Of a stretch of DNA of 64,000 nt, positions 25,810 through 36,120 are shown piece after piece. Every line of letters begins with the position of its first letter. Positions within the stretch are counted from its first letter, which is position 1. The stretch is taken from positions 112,893 through 176,892 of the forward strand of contig JAFDYT010000004.1 of NCBI GenBank assembly GCA_018266055.1. The letters are read 5' to 3'. The notes under the pieces were generated by a model. The model did not search any database and was not told the origin of the DNA. It saw nothing but the letters and a program-made list of their open reading frames with translations. A program made the translations under genes and the position numbers. The stretch comes from Bacteroidota bacterium. Its GTDB lineage: Bacteria; Bacteroidota; Bacteroidia; Cytophagales; Cyclobacteriaceae.

Positions 25810-28800
25810 ATCGAAGGCGTATTTATTTTCTTAGAACCAATTTTTTCAAAATAGATAAACAGGCAAGGCAGTACGATCAGGGTAAGAAGTGTTGAGCTGA
25901 TCAACCCTCCGATCACCACGGTGGCCAAGGGTTTTTGCACTTCAGCTCCTGCGCTGGTCGCCAATGCCATCGGCAAAAAACCAAGCGAGGCAACCGCGGC
26001 CGTCATTAACACGGGGCGAAGGCGCACGGAAGTTGCCTTTAATATGATGTCATGCAAATCGGTTATGCCATCTTTTTTCAAGCGGTTGAACTCAGCGATG
26101 AGTACAATTCCGTTCAACACGGCTACCCCGAAAAGTGCGATAAAGCCTATGCCTGCAGAAATACTGAACGGCATGCCACGAAAAAGCAGCGCGAAGATTC
26201 CCCCAATCGCTGACATAGGAATAGCGGTGAGGATAAGGACGGATTGCTTTAGCGAACCAAACGTGAAGAACAGCAGCATTAAAATAAGCAACAGCGCAAC
26301 GGGTACTGCTATCGACAACCGTGCCTTTGCTTCTTTCAGGTTTTCAAATTGCCCACCGTAGGTCGGAAAATACCCTGGCGGAAAATCAACCTGGTTTGTA
26401 ATTTTCTGCTGCAACTCTTCAACAATGCTCTCCACATCGCGTCCTCGCACATTAAAACCTACAATTATTCTTCGCTTTGCATCTTCACGTTGAATCTGAT
26501 TCGGCCCGATTTTGAATTCGACATCGGCTAACTGTTTCAAGGGAATCTGCTCGCCCTTCGGGGAAGAAATGAATAAGTTGCGCACATCTTCAATACTTTG
26601 GCGGCTTTGTGAACTGAGACGAACGGTGAGGTCATATCTTCTTTCGCCTTCGAACACCAACCCGGCTGCTTGCCCTGCAAAGGCTGTATTAATAACCTGG
26701 TTAATATCAGCGATGTTCAGACCATACTTGGCTACCTCATCGCGGTTTATAGTGATTACGATTTGCGGCAAGCCGGTAACTTTCTCTACATATAGGTCGC
26801 GCGCACCCGCTACACTTCCTGCAATTTTTCCAATCCGTTCTGATAGATCGGTAAGGACATTAAGGTCTTCGCCAAAAATTTTAATTGCAACATCTTGTCG
26901 CACGCCTGTCATCAGCTCATTGAATCGCATTTGAATGGGCTGTTGGAATCCAAACGTTACCCCAGGAATTTCTTCTAATGCCTCTCCCATTTTATCGGCA
27001 AGTTCTACTCTGTCAGCGGCTTTTTTCCATTCACTTTTATCTTTTAGGATTACCATCATATCGCAGGCCTCAATAGGCATAGGGTCGGTAGGAATTTCGG
27101 ATGAACCAATTTTGCCGACTACTTCTTTTACCTCGTCAGGAAACTCACGCAACAAAATTTGTGCACCCTTGGAGGCAGTCTCTATAGTATACGACAAACT
27201 ACTTCCGGTAAGTGCTCTGGTTTCTACGGCAAAGTTCCCTTCTTCCAATGTGGGAAGAAATTCGCCCCCCATTCTCATAAAGAAAATGAGGCTTACCAAG
27301 AAGAGGATAACAGATGAAATGACTACAACAAACTTGTGCTTTAGTGCTCTATTGATTATTGGTTCATACACTCGATGAAAAAAGTCCATCATTCTATCAG
27401 AGAAATTGCGTCTATGCTCAGTGTTCTTGCTCAGAAAAAGAGCCGACATCATCGGCACATAAGTAAGTGACAGAAGGAATGCGCCAAGGATAGCAAAGCT
27501 AACGGTCTGGGCCATCGGCTTAAACATTTTACCCTCAATGCCAACCAGCGCAAGAATGGGCAGGTAAACGATCAGAATGATAATCTCACCAAAAGCTGCC
27601 GATGTCCTTATTTTAGAAGCTGATTGGTAAACTTCCAAATCCATTTCTTCTTTCGTCAAGCGGATGGCTCCTCGTAAGCTTAGGTGATGCATCGTAGCTT
27701 CTACAATAATTACGGCCCCATCCACAATCAAACCAAAATCAATAGCACCCAAACTCATCAAGTTGCCGGATACACCAAAGACATGCATGAGAGATACCGC
27801 AAACAGCATGGCCAATGGAATGACGGAAGACACTATCAAGCCCGCTCGCAGATTGCCAAGGAATAAAACCAGAACGAAAATTACAATTAGAGCACCCTCA
27901 ATTAAATTCTTTTCAACAGTGCCCACAGCGCGGTTCACCAATGCGCTCCGGTCAAGAAAGGCTTCAATGGTTACACCTTCGGGCAATGTTTTTTTGATTT
28001 GCTCCATCTTTTGTTTTACGCGATTCACAACAGCGTTGGAGTTTGCACCTTTCAGCATTAAGGCGGTAGCACCTACTACTTCACCTTCTTTGTTATAGGT
28101 CATGGCTCCATAGCGGTTGGCAAACCCAAAGTGCACCTCCGCCACATTGCGTATAAGAACGGGGATACCGGCTGCCGTATTTTTAACTACAATCTTTCCG
28201 ATGTCATCTACGGAATTGATAAGCCCTTCGCTGCGGATAAACCAGGCGTTTGGGTTCCTATCTATGTAAGCGCCCCCTGTATTTTGATTGTTCTTTTCGA
28301 GTGCAGTGAAAATGTCTGCGATGCCCAGATCATAGCTGCGAAGTTTATCGGGGTCAAGCGCTATTTCATATTGCTTTAAAAGGCCCCCAAAGCTTGCGAC
28401 ATCAGCTACACCTGGTGTGCCCAGCAACTGCCTACGCACGATCCAATCTTGGATGCTACGAAGTTCCATCGCGCTGAACTTGTCCTCATAACCTTTCTTT
28501 GGTCGAATGATGTATTGATAAATCTCGCCAAGCCCTGTACTTATTGGAGCCAGTTCGGGAGAGCCCATGCCCGGTGGGATTTGCTTTGCTGCTACCGTCA
28601 ATCTTTCGCTGACTTGCTGACGCGCCCAGTAAACATCAATGTTGTCATGAAAAACAATTGTGACAACTGAAAGGCCGAACCTCGAAAAGCTCCGCATCTC
28701 TTTAATATCTGAAATGGTTGACATTGTTAGCTCTACGGGAAAGGTTACGAGCCGCTCAATATCCAGCGCGGATTGAGAGGGAGCTATCGTGATGATCTGT

Positions 28801-28940
28801 ACCTGGTTGTTGGTGATGTCAGGCACGGCATCAATGGGGAGTTGGGTTATCGAATAACTTCCCCAGGCAATCAGGCCCAGCGTAAACAGGCCGATGATCA
28901 GTTTATTTTGTATTGAGTAATGAATGATTTTATCTAACAT
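25806..28940 (-). CDS. czcA: CzcA/CusA-family heavy-metal RND efflux pump (intact)
   Basis: 1044 aa with 12 TM helices. MLDKIIHYSIQNKLIIGLF start and TM4 motif GAIDFGLIVDGAVIIVE. Confidence 0.9.
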   Translation of the reverse strand: MLDKIIHYSIQNKLIIGLFTLGLIAWGSYSITQLPIDAVPDITNNQVQIITIAPSQSALDIERLVTFPVELTMSTISDIKEMRSFSRFGLSVVTIVFHDNIDVYWARQQVSERLTVAAKQIPPGMGSPELAPISTGLGEIYQYIIRPKKGYEDKFSAMELRSIQDWIVRRQLLGTPGVADVASFGGLLKQYEIALDPDKLRSYDLGIADIFTALEKNNQNTGGAYIDRNPNAWFIRSEGLINSVDDIGKIVVKNTAAGIPVLIRNVAEVHFGFANRYGAMTYNKEGEVVGATALMLKGANSNAVVNRVKQKMEQIKKTLPEGVTIEAFLDRSALVNRAVGTVEKNLIEGALIVIFVLVLFLGNLRAGLIVSSVIPLAMLFAVSLMHVFGVSGNLMSLGAIDFGLIVDGAVIIVEATMHHLSLRGAIRLTKEEMDLEVYQSASKIRTSAAFGEIIILIVYLPILALVGIEGKMFKPMAQTVSFAILGAFLLSLTYVPMMSALFLSKNTEHRRNFSDRMMDFFHRVYEPIINRALKHKFVVVISSVILFLVSLIFFMRMGGEFLPTLEEGNFAVETRALTGSSLSYTIETASKGAQILLREFPDEVKEVVGKIGSSEIPTDPMPIEACDMMVILKDKSEWKKAADRVELADKMGEALEEIPGVTFGFQQPIQMRFNELMTGVRQDVAIKIFGEDLNVLTDLSERIGKIAGSVAGARDLYVEKVTGLPQIVITINRDEVAKYGLNIADINQVINTAFAGQAAGLVFEGERRYDLTVRLSSQSRQSIEDVRNLFISSPKGEQIPLKQLADVEFKIGPNQIQREDAKRRIIVGFNVRGRDVESIVEELQQKITNQVDFPPGYFPTYGGQFENLKEAKARLSIAVPVALLLILMLLFFTFGSLKQSVLILTAIPMSAIGGIFALLFRGMPFSISAGIGFIALFGVAVLNGIVLIAEFNRLKKDGITDLHDIILKATSVRLRPVLMTAAVASLGFLPMALATSAGAEVQKPLATVVIGGLISSTLLTLIVLPCLFIYFEKIGSKKINTPSI

Positions 28941-29179
28941 ATAGGTCAGTGATTAAAATTTAGATTTGGAAGGACTGTTGCTATGATGAACAAGAATAAA
29001 AGAAGCAAGCCCAAGAGTATCCACAAAGCGTAATGGATAATCACTGTGAGAATACTTTTCTTTTGTTGCTTTTTCCGCTTTCTCCGATTGTTCATAATAA
29101 GCCCTAACCATCTTAACCAAGGCTACCGTTGCCTCGGGAAGAAATTTATCGTCATGGAGACGATTGATACTGTAGGAGC

Positions 29180-29500
29180 TTAAATTTTGGGCGGTTGCCA
29201 GATATGGCTATAATCAGACAATACCTGTTTTTCGATGTAGGGTATTGTTTCTTTGGTGTTATGGATAACACCGGCAAAGTCTATAGAAGACGCGTAAGAA
29301 ATTCTAATGTGCGTGGCGCAACATGCGCAAATGCAGAAAGGTGTACATAAATCTTCTTCGTTAGCGGAGTGTGGATGTTGTGATGCGTTTGCAATCTGTT
29401 CTCCTATTCGTTTTTCATCGGTACACGTATTTGCATCGCTGCATGGATAGACCGAGAGTGCTGTTACATACAGTGCCAATATGAAATAGAGTACTTTCAC
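29180..29500 (-). CDS. Small Cys-rich membrane peptide (DUF6660-like) upstream of czcA
   Basis: I chose GTG 29500 (VKVLYFILALYVTALSVYPCSD), because the track start at 29611 overlaps the upstream gene by 59 nt. Motifs are PCSDANTCTD, HPHS and DLCTPFCICACC. Confidence 0.55.
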   Translation of the reverse strand: MKVLYFILALYVTALSVYPCSDANTCTDEKRIGEQIANASQHPHSANEEDLCTPFCICACCATHIRISYASSIDFAGVIHNTKETIPYIEKQVLSDYSHIWQPPKI

Positions 29501-29552
29501 GGTGTAAAGATAAGTTAAAAAATGATGCAATGAAGTTGCAACAAAAATGAGT

Positions 29553-30779
29553 TTAAAAATAACTCGAAAACCCAAACTGAAAGCCAGCTGTTTTTGAGGG
29601 TGGGTTGCCAAGGATATCCGTTATCCAATTGTACCGATAGTTAAGCCTTAGCACCGTGAGGGGAGTCGGCCTCCAGCTAATGCCGGGCACAATGGAAACA
29701 AAATCTTCGCTCATGTTCCCGCTCGTCTCTTTAAAAGTACCCACGTTCCAATCTACATACTCGAAACGGCAGACAACATTGACCACCGACTTATTGAAGT
29801 TAAAAATATTTGTTCTGATAACAGGCTGAACAACATCAAGAAATCCACCCGATTGTTTGTTCCCATATTGCTGCGTGTAGGTATCGGGCACATCTACATT
29901 TACAAAAGCCCATTCACCAACAAGGTATGTTTTTAAAATCGGTAGCTCTGTGTTGAAATCCAACGCCCACACATCCACTCTTCTTTTTTTATCCAATGTA
30001 AAACCGTCCATTTGAAATTTGTTGTACACTCCGCCCATGTACGAAATACCCAGTTCGCCCACCTTCTTATTGCGCAAAGCGATTTTGGCTGTGATGAGTG
30101 GCTCGCCATTAAAACTTTCTTCAAATCGGTCACGGTTCAGTTTGGTGGCGGGCAAATACGTTTTGTTTTGTGCGTTGGAAATGATTTGGTCGTCAAAGCC
30201 ATTGGTGAGATAAAGTTCGTAGGCGTAGGCCCAATTCTTACTATACTTTTTTCCATAGATGCCAAAGCCCACGTTACTCCACGTGGCGGGCAACAGTTGT
30301 GTGGCCGATGTGGGGCGGTCTATAAATTCCCATTTGGGGCCATCGTGATTTTGATTGAATGCTCCGATGGGGTTCATCACTACTCCACCTCTGAAGTTTA
30401 GCAATGGATGAAATTCAAAATCAATGGAAGCAAATTCGATATTGATTTCTTTGGTGCCACCTTCAAACTCAATCTCCGACAAGAATTTTATCCTTCTCGA
30501 TATGCCCGAAGCGACAAACAACGTAAGCCGCTTCATCTGGAATTGATGGCCTTCTGTCAAACCATCAGTGCCCAAGTGCTGCCAGTTGGCCTCCACATAC
30601 CCACCCAAGGCAACGGGTGTTTTACCCACCGAAAGAAACGGACGGTTGTAAACGGCATCCATGTTCAACAGCAGTTTTGAAGTGTCTTTGTTCACCCTCC
30701 TAAACAACGTTGAATCAACCTGCGACCATAGCGGTGTGATGACAAATACAAACAGCAATAATGTCAATAAACCTTTCAT
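29553..30779 (-). CDS. Outer-membrane beta-barrel (porin-like) protein
   Basis: 408 aa. Signal peptide MKGLLTLLLFVFVITPLWSQ and terminal GFQFGFSSYF. Its start overlaps the Rieske gene stop (ATGA). Confidence 0.65.
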   Translation of the reverse strand: MKGLLTLLLFVFVITPLWSQVDSTLFRRVNKDTSKLLLNMDAVYNRPFLSVGKTPVALGGYVEANWQHLGTDGLTEGHQFQMKRLTLFVASGISRRIKFLSEIEFEGGTKEINIEFASIDFEFHPLLNFRGGVVMNPIGAFNQNHDGPKWEFIDRPTSATQLLPATWSNVGFGIYGKKYSKNWAYAYELYLTNGFDDQIISNAQNKTYLPATKLNRDRFEESFNGEPLITAKIALRNKKVGELGISYMGGVYNKFQMDGFTLDKKRRVDVWALDFNTELPILKTYLVGEWAFVNVDVPDTYTQQYGNKQSGGFLDVVQPVIRTNIFNFNKSVVNVVCRFEYVDWNVGTFKETSGNMSEDFVSIVPGISWRPTPLTVLRLNYRYNWITDILGNPPSKTAGFQFGFSSYF

Positions 30780-31240
30780 GATAGTCGTAAGTCAATTATT
30801 ATCTTGTCACCCAAAATGGAGGTAGGAAATGAGCGTAGGTTTTTTTCGGCTGGCCCGTGATTAACGATTCCTTTATTGGTGAATTCGCTACCGTGGCTGG
30901 GGCATTGTAAATGGTCGCCCACAGCCTGCAACTCGGCACCTTGGTGCGAACACTTCATCCAAAGTGCACTGTATTCATTTTCTGAAATGCGGTAGAGATA
31001 AATGGGGAATTCAAGTTTGTCGTTCTGCACGATGATGTATTGGCGCATTTCTGTTTTCCCTTTCTTCACAAATGCAAATTCTGATATCGCAACTTCTAAA
31101 CCATTGGAGGCGATTGTTCCGTCAACATAGTGTGTAGCCTGGCAACTTTCAAGCATCATTGGCAGGGCGGTAGCACCTACGCAAAAAATGCAACCTTGCC
31201 GTAAAAATTTTTTTCTATCCATACTATCACAAACTTTCAA
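30776..31240 (-). CDS. Rieske [2Fe-2S] domain protein with a Tat-like leader
   Basis: Rieske ligands CSHQG...CPSHGSEF. The leader is DRKKFLRQGCIFCVGATAL. The start may be 31222. Confidence 0.75.
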   Translation of the reverse strand: MKVCDSMDRKKFLRQGCIFCVGATALPMMLESCQATHYVDGTIASNGLEVAISEFAFVKKGKTEMRQYIIVQNDKLEFPIYLYRISENEYSALWMKCSHQGAELQAVGDHLQCPSHGSEFTNKGIVNHGPAEKNLRSFPTSILGDKIIIDLRLS

Positions 31241-32423
31241 GAAAGCTGATTAGTTTTTTCCTTTCGTTCGCTGGCAACGATTCAAATGACTCTTTGCTTT
31301 TCGTGCCTTCTCCACCGTGCAGGCGAATGGCCTCTTCTATACTCTTTGCACGACCGTCATGCAATAGAAAATACTCACCGCCTTGCGAGTTTTTAGAAAG
31401 CCCCAAGCCCCATAAGGGAGGCGTTCTCCATTCAGATGTTTTTGCTGAACCTTCTGTATAACCATCATCCAAACCACTGCCCATATCATGCAGCAATAAA
31501 TCCGTATATGGATAGAATACTTTATTGCTCAATGATTGGATAGTAGTGCTTGCTGTTTTCATTTCAGGGCGATGACAGCCTCCACACCCAAGATTTAAGA
31601 ATAACTGTTTACCTGAAAGAACATCGCTATCCTCTTGTCGCTGAATGGGGGCTTTAAGCGTTTTCAAATAAAAAACCACGTCTTGAATTTCTTGGTTGGA
31701 AATCTCAGGGTCAATTTCGACTCCTGAATAAGTATCGGTTGGTTCAAAGGTGGATGTGATACCGATGTCTTGGTTGTATGCTTGTGCCGTTTGTTGCAAG
31801 AGATTGTAGGTAGCTGCCTTCTTGCCAAACCTGCCGATGTACTTTCCGTTTTGCACAACGCTTCCATCGCGTGGCATTACATATGCTTTCAACTCAACCC
31901 AATTAGGCACACCGCTAATGCCATCGCCATTTAAATCATCAAGGTCAGAGAACAATAAAATATCACTGTCGCTTACGGCATCTAAAAAACCCAGCCCCGT
32001 ATTGGCGGGCGGTGTGAATTGAGAGAAGGTTGCATCTGCTGGAATTTGTTCGGGAGTAAACCCTGGAATGGAGCGATGCTGCAATTGGGGCCCACCTAAT
32101 TTCAAGAACTGATTCCCTGTTTCGTTGATTTGACCGAACCGCGTCAGTGTTGTAAACGGATGACCTTTGCCATCGCCCGGATGTCAGCTACCGCAGGACG
32201 TGGAAACAAACAACGGCCCAAGGCCATTTGAAGAGTTGAATACTTGGTCGTTGAATGATACATCGCCTCTTAAGAATTGAATGTTTTCGGCTGCCGATAA
32301 GTCGGCAACGGGGCCATCTAATAGTGCTGAGTCATCCAAGGCAACGGGTTCAAATGTTTCACATGATAGTACGCAAAACAAAGCGACAATGCACAGAAAT
32401 AGTATGGGGCTAATCTTCTTCAT
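31227..32423 (-). pseudogene. DUF1111-type di-haem c lipoprotein (putative peroxidase or thiol oxidoreductase) interrupted by one in-frame TGA
   Basis: Track ORFs 32184..32423 and 31227..32105 share a frame (81 nt apart) with only TGA 32184-32186 between them. The translation reads GLGPLFVSTSCGS-TGA-HPGDGKGHP. A second motif, CGGCH, is intact. The lipobox is VLSC. Confidence 0.7.
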
Positions 32424-32451
32424 TCAAATTTAAGATTGCCAAAATTAAAAA

Positions 32452-32467
32452 GTTAGACTATTCTAAC
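32452..32467. promoter_or_regulatory. Inverted repeat GTTAGA-N4-TCTAAC, candidate DtxR/MntR-family box
   Basis: It lies in the 100-bp divergent spacer between the di-haem gene and the DtxR-like gene. The core resembles the TTAG...CTAA half-sites of DtxR-family operators. Confidence 0.4.
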
Positions 32468-32523
32468 AAATTAATTTGATGAATATACTTCGCAATCATT
32501 ATTTTTGAACTAAAACTGAGGGC

Positions 32524-33174
32524 ATGGACTCACTCACGGAAGAAAACTACATTAAATCCATTTATGCGTTGTCACTGGCTACGGGGGAGGTCTTTGTTTC
32601 GGAATTGGCTAAAAAGCTGAACATAAAACAGCCTTCGGTGAACAGCATGATGAAACGATTGGCAACTAAAAAGGTAGTTGCCTATGCCCCTTATAAAGGT
32701 ATCCGCTTGACGGAAAAGGGAAAAAAAGAGGCGTTGTCAATCATCAGAAGGCATCGGTTGGCTGAGTTGTTCTTGGTGAAAGTAATGGAACTCGGCTGGG
32801 AAGAGGTGCACGACATAGCCGAGCAACTGGAACATGTTGACTCCAAGCGTTTTTATAGCCGCATGGACGAGATGCTTAACTTTCCCAAGTTTGACCCGCA
32901 TGGAGAGCCTATACCAGATAGCAACGGAAAAATTTACACACAAAAGCGTACTGCGCTCAGCGACCTTGTAGAAGGATTAACCGCTACCATTGCAGCGGTT
33001 GGTGAGGACGAAAAATCATTCCTCGACCACTTGAACGCCAAAGGATTGCAAATTGGAGATACTGTGACTCTTAAGAAAAGAGAACTGTTCGATGGTTCCG
33101 TTACCTTGCAGCACAAGTCGAAAAAAGAAATACTGCTTACGCATCAAGTGGCGGAAAGGATTTGGGTGGAATGA
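32524..33174 (+). CDS. DtxR/MntR-family metal-dependent repressor with a C-terminal FeoA/SH3-like domain
   Basis: 216 aa. EENYIKSIYAL, HTH VSELAKKLNIKQPSVNSMMKRL, and metal-site region RRHRLAELFL...EEVHDIAEQLEH. Confidence 0.8.
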   Translation: MDSLTEENYIKSIYALSLATGEVFVSELAKKLNIKQPSVNSMMKRLATKKVVAYAPYKGIRLTEKGKKEALSIIRRHRLAELFLVKVMELGWEEVHDIAEQLEHVDSKRFYSRMDEMLNFPKFDPHGEPIPDSNGKIYTQKRTALSDLVEGLTATIAAVGEDEKSFLDHLNAKGLQIGDTVTLKKRELFDGSVTLQHKSKKEILLTHQVAERIWVE

Positions 33175-33195
33175 GATGACCACCCATAAATTACA

Positions 33196-33402
33196 CTAGG
33201 CTTTTTCTGCTTTGTATCCGGCCTTCTTCACCGCTTCAACAATCTTCTCTTCGCTTACCTCATTGACAACCGTGAGCACTTTTGAGGGATTGTTGATATC
33301 CACTTCCCAATTGTCTTCGCCCACGGCTTCGTTTAAGAAAGGTGTTACTTTGGCTATACAGCCAGCACACTTAATGTTGGTATTGAATTTTACTGCTTCC
33401 AT
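33196..33402 (-). CDS. copZ: HMA-domain metallochaperone (CopZ-like)
   Basis: 68 aa with a CAGC metal-binding motif in a ferredoxin-like beta-alpha-beta-beta-alpha-beta pattern. Confidence 0.8.
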   Translation of the reverse strand: MEAVKFNTNIKCAGCIAKVTPFLNEAVGEDNWEVDINNPSKVLTVVNEVSEEKIVEAVKKAGYKAEKA

Positions 33403-33507
33403 ACAATTTTAGTTTGAAGTTTCTATACTGGAATGATATACAAATTAATGTGGTTACACGTGGAAGATAATTACACAATAGCCACAAAGTTTTACATGAT
33501 TTCCGGT

Positions 33508-35745
33508 CTATATTTTTGAGGCCCTAAGCCGTAAGCTATTCCCGACAACACTCACCGAACTCAACGCCATGGCTGCACCGGCAATCATCGGGTCGAGCAA
33601 AAAACCATTTACAGGATAGAGTACACCTGCGGCCAACGGAATGCCAATCACATTATATATAAACGCCCAGAACAAGTTCTGTCTGATACCTCTGACCGTT
33701 TTTCTGGAAAGGTTAAATGCTTTGGGCAGCAACTGAAGATCGGACGTAATCAAAGTTATCTTAGCTACGTCTATCGCTATGTCCGAACCCTTACCCATTG
33801 CCACACTAACATCGGCTTGCGCCAACGCATGAGAGTCGTTGATGCCATCGCCCACCATCGCTACTACTTTGCTTTGCTCTTGCAATTCTTTCACGAACGA
33901 AGCCTTGCCGCTGGGTAGTACTTCTGCCTGGTAGTGCTTTAAATTCAATTGCGATGCAACGGCCTTAGCCGTTTGTTCATTGTCGCCCGTGAGCATATAC
34001 ACTTCAATGCCTTTGTCTTGAAGCGCAGCAATAGCAGCTTTTGATGTAGCTTTTATTTTATCCGCAATAGAGATAACGGCCAGCACTGTTTTGTCATTGG
34101 TGAAGAAGACAACTGTTTTTGCTTCACTCTGCCAACTTGTTGCCAGTTGCTCGGTAGCATCTGTTAAATTGATGTGATTTTCATGAAGAAGGTTTTTGTT
34201 GCCAATAAAGTAGACAGTATGATCAACTATGGCCCGAACACCACGACCCGTAAGGCTTTCAAAATCGGTCATCGCTACGTTGTTGATGAAGTCTTTCTTC
34301 AACTCATTCACAACAGCCTCTGCTAAGGGATGCTCCGATTTTGATTCCAATGCATAAAGGATGTTCTTCATTTCAGGCAAATCATTTTCTACTTGCCAAC
34401 TCAGATTCGTTACTACGGGCTTGCCTTCGGTGATGGTTCCTGTTTTGTCCAAGATAACCGCATTTACCTTATGCGCCAGTTCAAGACTTTCTGCGTCCTT
34501 AATCAAAATGTTATTTTCAGCACCTTTACCTACACCTACCATGATGGCGGTTGGAGTTGCAAGTCCAAGCGCACATGGACAAGCAATCACAAGCACCGTG
34601 ACAGAAGTAAGTAGTGCATGAGTAAACGCGTTATCACCGCCAAACAACATCCATACGGCAAATGTGAGGATGGCAATACCAATTACAACCGGCACGAAAA
34701 CACCTGCGATTTTATCTACCAACTTTTGAACAGGCGCTTTGCTGCCTTGCGCCTGCTGCACCATCTTAATGATTTGTGCCAAAATGGTATCTCCTCCAAC
34801 CTTCAGTGCTTCAAACTGAAAGCTGCCTTTTTGGTTTACTGTACCCGCAAATACTTTCTCACCAGCTATTTTTTCCACAGGAACTGGTTCCCCTGAAATC
34901 ATACTTTCATCTACATACGATGCACCATTTCTCACTATGCCATCCACGGGGATTTTCTCTCCGGGCTTTACCACGATAACGTTACCAACCTTTACTGATG
35001 CTATTGGTATTTCCTGTTCCACTTCATCAACCATCACACGCACCGTTTTGGGCTGCAAGCCCATCAGCTTTTTGATGGCCGATGAGGTGCTGGATTTAGC
35101 CCGCTCTTCCAACAACTTCCCTAACGATATAAAAGCTATCACCACGGCTGCCGCTTCGAAGTAAACGTGCGCGTGCAAACCACGCTGGTGCCAGAATTCA
35201 GGAGAGAACGTATTGAATGTGCTAAAGATAAAAGCGATGCCTGTTGAAAGTGCTACCAGCGTATCCATATTCGCTTTACCGTGTCTGGCCTGCTTCCAGG
35301 CATTCACATAAAAGTTTCTGCCAAACCAGAAAACCACTGGTGCGGCAAGCAACATAGAGATATAATTGCCATAAGGCATATCCATAAAAAACATACCGAT
35401 AACTACTACAGGCACGGATAAGATAGAAGACCAAAGTGTGCGGCTCTTAACTTCCTTATAATGCTTGCGTTGTGCTTCTTCCTGAACGGCTTGCGGGTCT
35501 TCCACATTCACCACCAAATCATAACCGATAGAGCGAACGGTATTTTGAAGGTCAGTGGGTTGAGAAATGGAACTATCATACTCTACCCAAGCAGATTGAT
35601 TGGCGAAATTCACACCTGCATCTTTCACACCAGTAGCTTTCTTAAGAATGGACTCCACGCTTACGGCACAGGCTGCACATGTCATTTCCAATACCGGAAA
35701 AGTTTCGCGTTTAACTGCTGGAGTTCTGTTTTTGGACGTTGTCAA
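33508..35745 (-). CDS. copA: Cu(I)-translocating P1B-1 ATPase
   Basis: 745 aa. HMA domain [11 protein letters not shown]. Motifs [38 protein letters not shown] and [15 protein letters not shown]. Confidence 0.9.
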   Translation of the reverse strand: MTTSKNRTPAVKRETFPVLEMTCAACAVSVESILKKATGVKDAGVNFANQSAWVEYDSSISQPTDLQNTVRSIGYDLVVNVEDPQAVQEEAQRKHYKEVKSRTLWSSILSVPVVVIGMFFMDMPYGNYISMLLAAPVVFWFGRNFYVNAWKQARHGKANMDTLVALSTGIAFIFSTFNTFSPEFWHQRGLHAHVYFEAAAVVIAFISLGKLLEERAKSSTSSAIKKLMGLQPKTVRVMVDEVEQEIPIASVKVGNVIVVKPGEKIPVDGIVRNGASYVDESMISGEPVPVEKIAGEKVFAGTVNQKGSFQFEALKVGGDTILAQIIKMVQQAQGSKAPVQKLVDKIAGVFVPVVIGIAILTFAVWMLFGGDNAFTHALLTSVTVLVIACPCALGLATPTAIMVGVGKGAENNILIKDAESLELAHKVNAVILDKTGTITEGKPVVTNLSWQVENDLPEMKNILYALESKSEHPLAEAVVNELKKDFINNVAMTDFESLTGRGVRAIVDHTVYFIGNKNLLHENHINLTDATEQLATSWQSEAKTVVFFTNDKTVLAVISIADKIKATSKAAIAALQDKGIEVYMLTGDNEQTAKAVASQLNLKHYQAEVLPSGKASFVKELQEQSKVVAMVGDGINDSHALAQADVSVAMGKGSDIAIDVAKITLITSDLQLLPKAFNLSRKTVRGIRQNLFWAFIYNVIGIPLAAGVLYPVNGFLLDPMIAGAAMALSSVSVVGNSLRLRASKI

Positions 35746-35884
35746 TGTTCTACTCTTTTGAACTACAAAAATCGATTACATCCCATCAGAAAGTATTATA
35801 CTATACCCGAAAAGAATTATAGAATTTCTGAACTTCTCAAGTAAAAATTTATGCTTTTGACATTCTTCCAAGTATTTATAAGAT

Positions 35885-36112
35885 ATGAATACTATTGAAA
35901 TGAAGAGGTTGCTTAGGGAAGCCTTAAGTCCTCATTTGAAGAATCTTAGAATAATCAAAGTGAAAGTGTCTCACAAAGAATTTGCTGATTTGATCGAGGA
36001 GTTCAAACACCGCCTTATGGCTAATCCAGAGGAATACTTGAAAGGGATTGAAAACACGTTCGATGTTAAACTTATGATCGAGAGCATCATTGATGAAATC
36101 GTAGAGAATTAG
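35885..36112 (+). CDS. Hypothetical small protein
   Basis: 75 aa ORF, helical and acidic, with no recognisable motif. Confidence 0.35.
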   Translation: MNTIEMKRLLREALSPHLKNLRIIKVKVSHKEFADLIEEFKHRLMANPEEYLKGIENTFDVKLMIESIIDEIVEN

Positions 36113-36120
36113 GAGCAGAG

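Noticed and set aside
28953-29111. 52-aa minus-strand ORF (MVRAYYEQSEKAEK...SKSKF) between the Cys-rich peptide and czcA
   Set aside because: It has no motif, is short, and has nothing to support translation. It is mentioned only as context.
32130-32186. Selenocysteine insertion element downstream of the in-frame TGA
   Set aside because: I found only a 4-bp stem (GATG-N8-CATC). That is too weak to call a SECIS, so the nonsense mutation or base-call error remains the default explanation.
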